The notes under the pieces: model-generated
The model's input: the letters and a program-made list of their open reading frames with translations, nothing else
The model's database searches: none
What the model was told of the DNA's origin: nothing
Made by a program: the position numbers and the translations under genes
Shown: one piece after another, positions 38,901 through 52,400 of the stretch
Numbering within the stretch: position 1 is the stretch's first letter
Layout of the letters: each line of letters opens with the position of its first letter
NCBI GenBank assembly: GCA_951406725.2
Contig: OX597833.1
Coordinates: forward strand, 56,978,001 to 57,042,000
DNA from: Octopus vulgaris
Taxonomy: Eukaryota
Reading direction: 5' to 3'
DNA length: 64,000 nucleotides

Positions 38901-41900
38901 TTGGAGGGACCGAAAGTTCAACAATGCCACCTCTAAGAAACTGTTTGGTCTCCTTCTTAAAAATTTAATCAAGGAAAGAAAAAAAGTGAGTAGTAGTAAT
39001 CGGTTTCAAATCTTTATAAAAGTTGGGAAAAAACGTGAACAAGGATTTTCTGCATAGGAACAGACCAGCAACAGTCCAAACATATATTTTACTCTTTTAC
39101 TTGTTTCAGTCATTTGACTGTGGCCATGCTGGAGCACCGTCTTTAGTCAAGTAAATCGACCCCAGGACTTATTCTTTGTAAGCCTAGTACTTATTCTGTC
39201 AGTCTCTTTTGCTGAACCACTAAGTTACGAGGACGTAAACACACCAGCATTGGTTGTCAAGCAATGTTGGGGGCACCAACGCAGACACGCAAACATATAT
39301 ATACATTTATACGACGGGCTTCTTTCAGTTTCCGTCTACCAAATCCACTCACAAGGCTTTGTTCGACCCGAGGCTATAGTAGAAGACACTTGCCCAAGGT
39401 ATCACGCAGTGAGACTGAACCTGGAACCATGTGGTTGGTAAGCAAGCTGCTTACCACACAGCCACTCCTATGCCTGTAAATGATTATCCAACTTTGAATA
39501 TGCCAGACAAAATACTTAATGGCATTTTGCCTGTCTTTATGTTCTGAGTTTAAATTCTACCAAAGTCGACTTGGGGTTGATAAAATAGGTATCAGTTGAA
39601 CACTGGCAATGATGTACTTAACTGGCACCTCCCTCAAAACGTCAGGCCTTGTGCCTTTAGTAGAAAGAATTATTATTATTATTATTGAGTGAGAGAGCAG
39701 TGCATGCCATCAAAGTGACACTGGGGTAAAATATACGAAGCCCAGTATACCCATCACAACTACCCATCTGATAAGGGTACACTAGGCACATGCATCACAA
39801 CCATATGTGCGTGACATAGTGATCTCATATCAAGATAAACAGCACATGACCTTGCAGGTGGGGCCCAGTTAGAATTTTCTTATGGTGGAGTCGCCCATCC
39901 TGCTCAAAAGATCCCTGAAAAAGGGTTGGTTAAGGATGTTGAACAAAACACCCATGTTTCTAGAGGTGAATTATTCAAACTCCAAAGAATCCCTCTCAAC
40001 ACATGGCTATGATGCTCTCCCACTTCTTCTGCTCATGATCAGCGATGCATATATAGTCAGCCACTAAGGGACATGCTCAACTGGTTACGGTCAAACAACT
40101 GATAAAGCAAATCTGTGGTGTTGAGCAGAATATTTGCTGTGGCCTATCTTTTATACCAAGACAAAACAATGTACATGATAACACTTCCAATCAGGGCAGA
40201 ATTGTTAGGGCATCGAGTAAAATATCTTGCGGTACTTCTGGCTTTCTATGTTCAGGTTCAAATCCTGCTGAGGCTAAGTAATAAAGTAACTATCAAGAAC
40301 TGGATTTGATATAATTGACCAACTCTCTTCCTACAAAACTGCTGGCCCTTTGCCTAGACTGGAAATAATTACTGTTATTCTCTTAGCAGTTAGGGCGCTA
40401 AGCTGGCAGAATCGTTAGCATGCTGGACAAAATGCTTAGTGGTATTTCACCCGTCGCTACATTCTGAGTTCAAATTCCACCATGGTCAACTTTACCTTTC
40501 ATCATTTCGGGGTCGATTAAATAAGTACCAGTTACGCACTGGGGTCGATGTAATCGACTTAATCCGTTTGTCTGTCCTTGTTTGTCCCCTCTGTGTTTAG
40601 CCCCTTGTGGGTAGTAAAGAAATAGGTATTTCACCCATCGCTACATTCTGAGTTCAAATTCTGCCAAGGTCGACTTTACCTTTCATCCTTTCAGGGTCGA
40701 TAAAATAAGTACCAGTATTCGACTCATCCCCTCACCCAAAACTGCTGCCCTTGCGGCATAATTTGAAACCGTTATTACCTTAGCAGTCAAGTTGGAGCAT
40801 CAGTTGAGAGTAAGATTAAATATTCCTCACCTGTTGACATTTTTATTGTGTCCTAAAATTTTTTTATCTGAATTCCCATCTTATTTGCAGAGGGATGCAG
40901 TCTGGCTGATCGTCTTACTGGCCTGGATTTAGGTAAGTCCCTTCTGTTACTTTTATTTTGGTTTCTGAGGGTTACACTGTGTCACTACTGATGAATAAGA
41001 CCTTGAATCCAAATCTCACAACAGTCAACTTGAGGTTTTCCTGTTCAATACAGGTTTCAAGGTTTGCTTTAGTCTGCGTAACAGAAAATGGCTTTTGCCC
41101 CAACATATTTAATGGATCAATCGAATATGTACTGGGAGTTGATTCATTCTACTAAAACTCTTCAAAACAGTACCCCAGCACTCCTCCATATGCTTTAACC
41201 CTTTTGATACCAACCCAGCCTTTGGTTCTGTAGTACAAATGCCTTGTTTTCATAAGTATTGAATTAAAATCTTCCACCAAACCTAAGTCACAATTTCTGT
41301 TCCTAACACTAGCTTAATGATAACTAAGTTATTTTACTAACTTCTTTGTTATATTTAAAATTAATTGAATGAAACACAGTGCATTTCAAAATAAATACGG
41401 TAACGAAAGGGTTAATGCACCAGGCATGGCTGTGAGGAACGAAGCTTTCTTTCCAACCACTGCCAGTGCCACTGGACTGGCTCCTGCACAGGTGGCACAA
41501 AAAAAGCACCATTTGAACGTTGCCATTGCCAGTACCACCTAGCTGGCCCTCGTACCAGTGGCACGTAAAAGCACCCACTACATTCTCAGAGTGGTTGGCG
41601 TTAGGAAAGGCATGCAGCTGTAGAAACTCTGCTAGATCAGATTGGAGCCTGGTGCAGCCATCTGGTTCGCCAGACCTCAGTCAAATCGTCCAACCCATGC
41701 TAGCATGGAAAGCGGACGTTAAACGATGATGATGATGATGGTTCCGAGTTCAGTTCCACTGTGTAACACCGTGGGCAAGTGTCTCCTACTGCCGCCTTGG
41801 GCCAACCAAAGCCTTGTGAGTGGATTTAGCAGACAGAAACTGAAAGAGGCCCGTCGTATGTGTGTGCGTGCGTTTTTGTGTCTGTACTGCACCACCACCG

Positions 41901-43226
41901 CTTGACAACCAGTGTTGGTGTATTTACGTCCCCATAACTTAGCGGTTCAGCAAAAGAACCCAAACAGAATAAGTCCCAGGGTAGATTCATTCGATTAAAA
42001 ATTCTTCAAGACTGAAACAAATAAAAAGATTAAAGATACGCTGCTGAAACTGGGCTGCGTCTATTATTATCATTGAGTCAATCTTGGGGTGGAATTTGAA
42101 CTCAGAACACGTGGATGCCAAGACACGGTAATGAAGATTACTTTCTCAGCGATAAGGTTAACTAGAATCGGTGACGGTGTAAGGGCGATAACTCCGAAAC
42201 TGCAGTTACTTGCGCCTGCAGAAAATTGGGTTTAACGTTTCAGGATATGATCATTCGTGGAGAGAAGCTAGGATGTTGAACTTGGCTACTTGTTGTTTGA
42301 TAAACTTGGAGATTAATATCCTACTTGGAAACAAGGTGGGGAGCTGGCAGATTCATTACCGCAGCTAGCAAGATGCTTAGTGGCATTTTGTCAATCCATG
42401 TGTTCTGAGTTCAAATTCCACCCCAAGATTGACTTAATAATAATAATAATTAATTCTTTTTATTGGCCACAAGGGCTGACAAATATGATTGGAAAACATA
42501 AAGGGACAAAACAGGACGAAAGGTTTTGTCCATTTGTGAAAAGAAAACGAGTAAAAAGCAGTTTAACAATCAAAATTTTTAACACCGAAAAACTTCCAAT
42601 AGAGGAGACGCTTCGAAAAAGAAAAGGTCTCACGTGGAAAAACCCATAAAAGCCACGGGAGCCTGGTCAAAATGGGGTTAGAGAGCCCCTTTCTCCTTTT
42701 ATAATACCTTTTTCAATTACAGGCGAAACTTCAGAATTGGTCCATTTATACTGGCCATTCTTGCACAATTCACCCACCTTTCAGAAAACAATAATAATGA
42801 GCTTATTGTATACAATTAATAGGTCCACATATAACATCCCAAGGTACATCTTTTTTTCTCTGACGAAATTATGCTCATGTCACATAAATGCAAATTTAAT
42901 GTACAAATTTGTAATTAAATCATTGAATATTAATTGAAACGCTTGTAAGAAGTGAAGATGACCAATTTGTTAATAATAAATAATTATTAACTTCCTTATC
43001 TCCATTTTCTTTTCTTTTAACTGTATGTATATATATATATATTTGGCTTAGATTTTCCTTTGGGGCTGGCCAGGTCGGAGCAATCTCAAAATTAATCAGC
43101 CGAAATTGCGAAGATGATCCGGTTTTTGACTGAAGATCGAAGGCTTCAAGTGTCCCGTCCGTTTTTTTGTATCGTCTTCTAAATGTTTTGCATTCTTGTC
43201 CCAGTTTGTGTTTTTTTTACATTTAT

Positions 43227-43273
<47 letters not shown>

Positions 43274-46200
43274 TTAGAAAAACTTCAGAAAATAGTAAAA
43301 GGTTGTAAGATCACCTACAGGAATTAAATCTCATATCTTTTACATTCTGGTTTAGATAAAGACACAGACAAGATCTGGGACGTACTTACAAAGCAAGAGA
43401 AAGAAGAATTCCAGAAATTGCTCAGGGATGAACAACTTGGAGGCTTGATAGAATTTTGGTCACCATGGTGGAGCCACAAGGTATGAAATATAACAAACAT
43501 TTGGAATTATACTCATAATTATTCATATTTTCTAAATCATCATCATCATCGTTTAATGTCCGCTTTCCATGCTAGCATGGGTTGGACAATTTGGCTAAGG
43601 TCTGGCGAACCAGATGGCTGCACCAGACTACACTCTGATCTGGCAGAGTTTCTACAGCTGGATGCCCTTCCTAATGACAACCACTCCGAGAGTGTAGTGG
43701 GTGCTTTTACGTGCCCACCATCATTGAACTGTGACCATGCTGGAACATCACTTTCTATGCTGTAGTTGATGGTTGTTTATCTCAGATCTGCACTGACTGA
43801 GCAGACACAAGATGAAAAATGCTCCAGATGTAACTATTTCATCTTTTTGTATATCTAGGATTACATTGTCCACTGTGTCTTTCCTTTCTTTCAAAACAGC
43901 AGTCTGTGATGTGAGGGATATTTAGCTGTTATTTCTAGCAGATCGAGTGACTACATGGAGGCTTTCCACATTAGTTTGTCCCCAGTACTTATTCTATCAA
44001 TTTAGGAAGGATGAAAGGCAAAAGGATGGTTGCAGGAATTTGAATGTGGGCCAGAATGATACAACCAGATGCCACAAGTTATTTCATTTAATGCTCTACC
44101 AATTCTGTCGTTGCACAGCATCTCCCTTTAGCAAGTGTCTTCAATTATAGTCTCAGGTCAAATGAAACCAAACTTTGTGAGAGAAATTTGGTTAGACAGA
44201 AACTGGGAAACTGAATCTTTCACCCTATTTAACACCTCCATCTTCCCCTTTAACTAAACATCAGCTAAATATTGTGATATAATTAGCCAGTGCTCCAATA
44301 TTTGCCTTTCATCTAATCCAAAGTCAATGAAATAAAATATCAGTCAAGTATTGGGATTGATCCTCTCTCTCTTTCTTCCCCCCACTCTCTCTCTCTTACA
44401 CAGAATTGGCTGCACTGTGAGAAAGACGTTGGGAGACCATTCACAGCTGTAAAAACCACGCCAAAACCGACCTTGCCTGTGATGGTGCCATGTAAAAAGC
44501 TCTCGGTCCGCTCTGCTGTGCAGTTGGTGTTAGGAAAGGCATCCAACCATAAAAACCATGCCAAAACAGACACAGTTGCCTGCGGTAGTCTTCCACCTGG
44601 TTGGCTCCTGCCAAACTGTCCAACCCATGCCAGCATGGAAAAGCAGATGTTAAACAAATGAACATGTAACATCACTATCAGCTCTGACCCTCTCTTCGTT
44701 TCCCTTCCTTCTCTTTACCTACAACCCACCCTGTCTTCCTTTCCTCCTTTGTAAAATATATGAGGCTCCAATATTTTTGCCTTTGTTAACGATATAAATT
44801 AATCATATGTACACGACATAGTGATCTCATATCAAGATAAACAGTGCATTACTTTGCAGGTGGGGCCCAGTTAGAATTTTCTTACCATCTGATCGTGGCC
44901 GTTTGCCAGCCTCACCTTGCCTGTGCTGGTGCCATGTAAAAAGCACTCGGTCCACTCTGCAGGGCAGTTGGTGTTAGGAAAGGCATCCAGCGATAAAAAC
45001 TTTGCCAGATCAGACTGGGCCTGGTGCAGCCTTCTGGCTTCCCAGACCCCAGTTGAACCGTCCAACCCATGCTAGCATGGAAAGCGGATGCTAAATGAAG
45101 ATGAGCAGCCCATCCTGCTCAAAAGGTCCCTGAATAAGGGTTGGTTAAGGATGTTGAACGAAACACCCATGTTTCCAGAGGTGAATTATTCAAACCCCAA
45201 AGAATCCCTCCTCCTTTCTATACCTCTCACCACTTTATCTCTCTAAGCTGATGAAGAATCCTAAATTTTGTTTCTTGTTTCCTTTAGAAATTCCATTGAA
45301 ATATGATTTTTAATTTATTTCATACAGGAGACTTCAAAAGTGGAAGACTTGGATACTGATTTGAAACCTGATAAAGCATTCCCTCAGTTGTATAAGGATA
45401 TACCTCACATCTCCCAAATCCTCAAGGTACAAAAGCCCCTTTTACTCTATAACTAAATTATTTTTATTTTCCTGATTTTTTGCTTTACTAACCCATCAGC
45501 ATTTAATCAATTGCCTGCCCTGAGCCCCATTTGGGGATCTGCTAAAAACAGTCTCACTTCTGGTTGTTTGTTGTATTTAAAGTAAATTGCTTATGTACAT
45601 TGCCGCTAGAAGCTAGGATCACCAAGCATAGATTGGCATATTTCGGTCATATTATGCGGAGAAAATCCCTGGAATGCTCAGAATGGTCAGTGGCAAGAGA
45701 GGAAGAGGTCGACCAAGAACCCACTGGCTTGACACCATCAAGAGTGATACCGGAATGGACATAGGCGGCGAGCTGGCAGAAACGTTAGCACGTCGGGTGA
45801 AATGCTTAGCGGTATTTCGTCTGCCGTTACGTTGTGAGTTCAAATTCCGCCGAGGTCGACTTTGCCTTTCATCCTTTCAGGGTCGATAAATTGAGTACCA
45901 GTTACGCACTGGGGTCGATATAATCGACTTAATACCTATGTCTGTCCTTGTTTGTTCCCTCTATATTTAGCCCCTTGTGGGTAATAAAGAAATAGGAATG
46001 GACATAGCCAATCTGAAAGAAGCGGCCCAGAATAGAACTGACTGTAGGACACTGATCCAACGAGTGACCGAGAGTCGACTTCGACTGAGCGGATAGAGAG
46101 AGATTTAACAGTATTTAGTACTTAAAGTTTGTCATTCTTAGCTCTGGCTAATTCTAGAGGACATTTTATATCATAAACCGCAATTTGAGAACTACAAAAA

Positions 46201-46431
46201 TATCGACTGTTTCGAAAACGTTTTTTTTATTTTTGCATTTCTCATCTATATCATTCATTGATATTTCATAGTTATTTTGACTGTGGCCATGCTGGAGCAC
46301 TGCCTTTAGTCAAGCAAATCGACCCCAGGACTTATTCTTTGTAAGCCTAATGCTTATTCCATCGGTCTCTTTCGCCGAACTGCTAAGTTACGGGGACGTA
46401 AACACACCAGCATCAGTTGTCAAGCAATGTT

Positions 46432-46478
<47 letters not shown>

Positions 46479-49400
46479 CATATGTATATACTATGGGCTT
46501 CTTTCAGTTTCCGTCCACCAAATCCACTCACAAGGCTTTGGTCGGCCCGTGCCCAAGATGCCACGCAGTGAGACTGAACCTGGAACCATATGGTTGGTAA
46601 GCAAGCTACTTACCACACAGCCACTCCTGCACCTATAATGTAGAGCTAACAGTTTGTATAATGACACTATTTCTTTTCCTTTTGTTGCAGAACAGTAAGC
46701 CATCAAGTGATCTAAGATTCACCGTTATCAGCACCGTTTATGCCTACGCTTATATCTGCCGGTTGCATAATGGTGACCACCTGAACACTCCGTTAGACTG
46801 TGCTAATGTAAGGAATCCAATTTTCATTTTCAATTCTTTAACCCTTTTGATACCAACCCACCTGAGACTGCTCCTAGTTCTCAGATGCAAACTTCTTGTC
46901 TTAAATGATTTAAGTTTAAACCTCACTTCAAAATTACATGTTAATTTCTGTTCCATAAACTGGCTTAATAATGCCAGTTATTTTAATAAATTCATCATTA
47001 TTTTCAAAATTAATTAAAAGGAATGCAGTATATCTCAACAGAAATATGGTTACAAAAGGGTTAAATCTGAATTTCAACTTTATATTTTTCTTTGCTCTTT
47101 CAATAGATTTTGCTGTGTTCAATCCTGATATGGTTGATGGACCTCTGACCCAAAACCACCATTTTTTCTTTATCTGTCTTGCTCTTTTTGTCTGTCCATC
47201 TTTCCTTCCATATCTTTCTGTCTTTTCCTCTCTTTCTCTCCCTATCAATATTTTTATATTTGTCTTTTAGTTTCTCTTTTTTATTTCCCCCCTCCCTCTC
47301 TCTATATATATATACTGAAATACTTAAAATCATATTCAACAATAACTAATATTGTATATTTTTCTCATCACTGCATAATTAGTTTCAGTTAGGTTTATAA
47401 TGCTCCCTACATTAAATATATCTTGATAATCAAAATAAATGGCTCTATACTTTCCAGGAAGTCTTACTCCTCTGTGATGTCTTAGATACAACACAAAACT
47501 ACAGCGGTACAAGTGAAGCTCTACATTCTTGTTTAAACAGAAGTAATGAGGTAAGTAGTTTCTTCTCATCATGGCAATTATTTCTTGGCTTAAAACAGAT
47601 TTCAAAACACTAGCAGTCATCTTTTATCCTCTATTTTATTTTTATTTGTTCATTTATTTATTTAGCTATCTTTCATCATCATCATCATCATCATCGTTTA
47701 ACATCCGCTTTCCATGCTAGCATGGGTTGGACGATTTTGACTGAGGGCTGGCGAACCACATGGCTGCACCAGGCTCCAATCTTGATCTGGTAGAGTTTCT
47801 ACAGCTGGATGCCCTTCCTAACACCAACCACTCCGAGAGTGTAGTGGGTGCTTTTTACGTACCTTGCATTAATTTGTGAATATACAACTATATCTTATAA
47901 TGGTTTCAAATTTTGGCACAAAACCAGTCAATTTGTGGAGAGGGACTAAGTCGATTACATCGACCCCAGTGTAGGAGTGGCTGTGTGGTAAGTAGCTTGC
48001 TAACGAACCACATGGTTCTGGGTTCAGTCCCACTGCATGGCACCTTGGGCAAGTGTCTTCTACTATAGCCTCGGGCCGACCAAAGCCTTGTGAGTGGATT
48101 TGGTAGATGGAAACTGAAAGAAGCCTGTCGTATGAATGTATATATATATATATATATATGTGTTTGTGTGTCTGTGTTTGTCCCCCCAACATTGCTTGAC
48201 AACCGAAGCTGGTGTGTTTATGTCCTCGTAACTTAGCAGATTGGCAAAAGAAACCGATAGAATAAGTACTAGGCTTACAAAGAATAAGTCCTGGGGTCAA
48301 TTTATTCAACTAAAGGCAGTGCTCCAGCATGGCCACAGTCAAATGACTGAAACAAGTAAAAGAGTAAAAGAGCAACCCCAAAAGGATGAAAGGCAAAGTT
48401 GACCACAGTGACATCTCAACTCAGAACATAAAGATAGTTCCAAATTAGATTGGAGCCTGCTGCAGCTTCCTAGCTTATCAGTTTTCGGTCAAACCATGTA
48501 ACCCATGCCAGCATGGAAAATGGACGTTAAATGATGATGATGTTCTTGCGATTCTGCCTGCTCACGGCCTTAATTATTATTGTATAATGCCAAACATAAA
48601 TATTAATGCAAACACGTAGACGTAATTTCTACTACACTGGGATTAATATTTCATGAAGAAGACTGCGAAACGGCTGTAACCTAATGGAATACGAGTGGTT
48701 AAATAAATATATATACAGCCTCTGGCTGTAACCCAAATACCATAAGATATGCTCGTATTATGTTTGATATCCTGTGGAGGCACATGGCCTAGTTTTTAAG
48801 CAGCGGACTCACGAACGAGGGATTGCAGGTTCAAATCTCAGACCGGGCGATGTGTGTGTTTATGAGCAAAATACCTAAGCTCCACACAGAAGGTAATGGC
48901 GAACTTCTGCTAACTCTTTCTCTCACTCTTTCCTCCTGCATCTTGCAGCTCACCTGTGATGGACCAGCGTCCTGTCCAGGTGGGGAACCTATACGCCAAG
49001 GAAACCAGGAAACCGGCCCTTATGAGCCATGTGTGGGTCTAGAAGGAACAAACAATGTTTGATATCCTACTGATTCTGCCATCCATAGATTCATCATCAT
49101 CATCGTTTAACGTCCTCTTTCCATGCTAGCATGGGTTAGGTCTCACTAACAGCTGAACTCTGATCACTTGATTCAAAGTACATGGGATCTTAATAATTGA
49201 GTATCTTAACCTCTTCAGTCAACTATCTTTGACTAGAGACATAGGGTATGGATTTGTTTCTAATCTGTATAGCGTCCAAACAGTGTTTTACACAGATGAA
49301 TGTCCTTATTCAGTTTGTAATAAGGGAGACAACTCTATGAGCCCAGTCGTTAATCAGACAAGAATAATGTTTACAAAGTAACATTTCAGAGATTTTGTAT

Positions 49401-52400
49401 TTTTCTTTGCTATTTTGCAACCATTTTTTCATACAGAATGATATGAACATTTTTTTATCAAATTCAATTAACGAGTATATATTTTTAAAAAAAACGATTC
49501 TGTAGGGTTCAGGATTAAAAAAATATGGTTTGCAATGGTTTGGTGTCTCATGAAAATTTAAATTATCTTAATATATAAAATCCGTTTAATCTGTCTGTCT
49601 GTTTGTTTGCTTATAACTCGAGTATTGTTCATCCGGTTGTGCTGAAATTTTAAACATGGATACATGAGAGAGCTGGGCGTTCCATAATCTAAAAAGGTTT
49701 TCAAAATCATTAGTTTCAAAGTGAAAATCTCTATTTTTGTAATCTTTAATGTCCTGTTTGTTCTGCCATTAAAACAACCAGTATACACACACAACACAAT
49801 TAAATAATATATTTTGACTAAGGCCGTTTGCCAGCCTCGTCTGGCACCTGTGCAGGTGGCACATAAAAAGCACCCACTACACTCTCGGAGTGGTTGGCGT
49901 TAGGAAGGGCATCCAGCTGTAGAAACACTGCCAGATCAGGCTGGAGCCTGGCGCAGCCTTTTGGCTTGCCAGACCCCAGTTGAACCGTCCAACCCATGCT
50001 AGCATGGAAAACGGACGTTAAACGATGATGATGATGAAAAACGTTAATATTTTTCACTGAAAAAAATATTGAATTAAAGAGTGATTATGGAAAACATTTT
50101 GGTTCATGTGAAATATTTATATCTTCTTGATTCTCTTTCTCCCCTAGGATTCAAGTCCAATCCAGGCTTCCCAGAAATTCAGTATCTCAATCATAAAAGA
50201 CATCATTAATATAATAGAAGGCCCTTGTACCCAGAAACCCTTACACTACTTATTAATGGCTCTCTCAGACCTTCTCAAGATGTTTCAACGTGCCCAGAAA
50301 GAAATTTCTAAAGGTAAACACATTTATATCTTTAATTGCTTTATGTATAGTTTGAGTTGAGTTCAGCACACAGTGAATATAAAGTCTTTAATATTGACCC
50401 CTCATAAACCCATTAAGGGCTGCAGAGCATTTTCATTAAAATATCTCATAGGTGCAGGAGTGGCTGTGTGGTAAGTAGTTTGCTTACCAACCACATGGTT
50501 CCGGGTTCAGTCCCACTGCGTGGCATCTTGGGCAAGTGTCTTCTATTATAGCCTCGGGCTGACCAATGCCTTGTGAGTGGATTCGGTAGACGGAAACTGA
50601 AAGAAGCCCGTCGTATATATGTATATATATATATATGTGTGTGTATATGTTTGTGTGTCTGTGTTTGTCCCCCTAGCATTGCTTCACAACCGATGCTGGT
50701 GTGTTTACGTCCCCGTCACTTAGTGGTTCGGCAAAAGAGACCGATAGAATAAGTACTGGGCTTACAAAGAATAAGTCCCGGGGTCGATTTGCTTGACTAA
50801 AGGCGGTGCTCCAGCATGGCCGCAGTCAAATGACTGAAACAAGTAAAAGAGTAAAGAGAGAGAGTTACCTTTGTTCCGTTTTGTTTGCTCCAACACACTT
50901 CTTTGTCTCTTCATTGCAGATCTTAAAAAGGAAAAGTCCAGTAACGAAACCCTGATTTCACAGCTGAAAACCCAGAGGAAAAAATTGTTCCGTTCTGAAA
51001 AGAAAATATTGTTCCTTTTGAGTTGGGCCCAATCTTATGGACTTGCTCTTCGTGGCTGTTTGCAGGAACTGAACCTAGAATTCTGTAAGTGACATACATC
51101 TGATGATGGATCAAAGAGTTAAAGTTAATTGATTAAATCAATTTCCTTTGTCAGGTGAGTGGGGAAGAAGGAACATCAAAAGTAACCACCTCTTGGTCAT
51201 TTTTGTTTTTTATAAGTTCGTTAATTAAAAAGAGATGTTAAGCCCTTCATTCCCAGTGGAGCATAGGTCATCTACAACCTTTCTCTGCAGTTCTCAACTC
51301 TAGGCTGTCTTTTCTACTCCTCTCCTCTTGGGTCCCTGGCTTTTCAGCTCTGCCTCAATATCTTGCCTCCAGCTATTTTTCAGGTATCCTCTCTTCTGCC
51401 TCCTTTGTGAGTTATAATATAATATAATGAAATTATTGTATACAACTTGTCAAAAGTGCGTATAGAGTATTTGCAGTAATGTACAAATGTCTGGAAAGCG
51501 AACAGTGTATGAGTCAGATACATGCTTGCGTGTGTATGGAGGGGAGGAAATCAGGTGTAGTGTTGGCGAATCTCAGGAAGCATGGAAGTTTTGAAGGATG
51601 CAGTGCTCCGACAACTAACAACTGAAGCCGACAGTCTGTTCCATGCTTCAGCAACTCTTAGCGTGAAAAAATTTTTCCAAAAGTCATGGGAGCTGTGCTG
51701 TTTTCTGACTTTGTAAACATGTCCACGGGGGTTTGACAGGTGGCATTTGAAAAGGTGCTCAGAGTTATTGTTTGTGAGATGGTTAATAATTTTATGGGTG
51801 TCTGCCAAGTCAGCTGCCAGACGTCGGAGATGTTGGTTTTCTTTTATTGCACCATGTCATACAGCAGTGAAAGTGCGTGACTTAGTGGTTAGGGTGTTTG
51901 GCTTATGCTCATAAGGTCATGTGTTCAATTCTTGGTGGTGTGCTGTGTCCTTTCATGTTGCTCCTGTCCACTCAGCTGGCAAAAATAAGTAGTACCTGTA
52001 TTTCAAAGGGCCAGACTAGTCACATTCTGTGTCATGCTGAATCTCTCAGAGAACTACGTTAAGGGTACACACATCTGTGGAATGCTCAACTCTTTGCATG
52101 TTAATTTCACAAGTAGGCCATTCCATTGACTGAATCAGCTGGAACCCTTATCACTGTAACTGTGGCACAGGCCACCACACTGCAACAGTGACTGGACCCT
52201 ATGGTAGCCCACAAAACATAGTAGACCAGTATCATATCTACCTAACCATTTCAATTCATTTCCCGTTTTGCTAACTTCATTTCAATGTTTTTTTGTTTTT
52301 GTTTTTGTTATTTTCACAGGTGAGTTGAGCAGTGAATTGGCCAGTGTCACCAACACAAAGAAACAGTTTGAAAACGAATGGAAGGGCAAGCGGCCACCTT

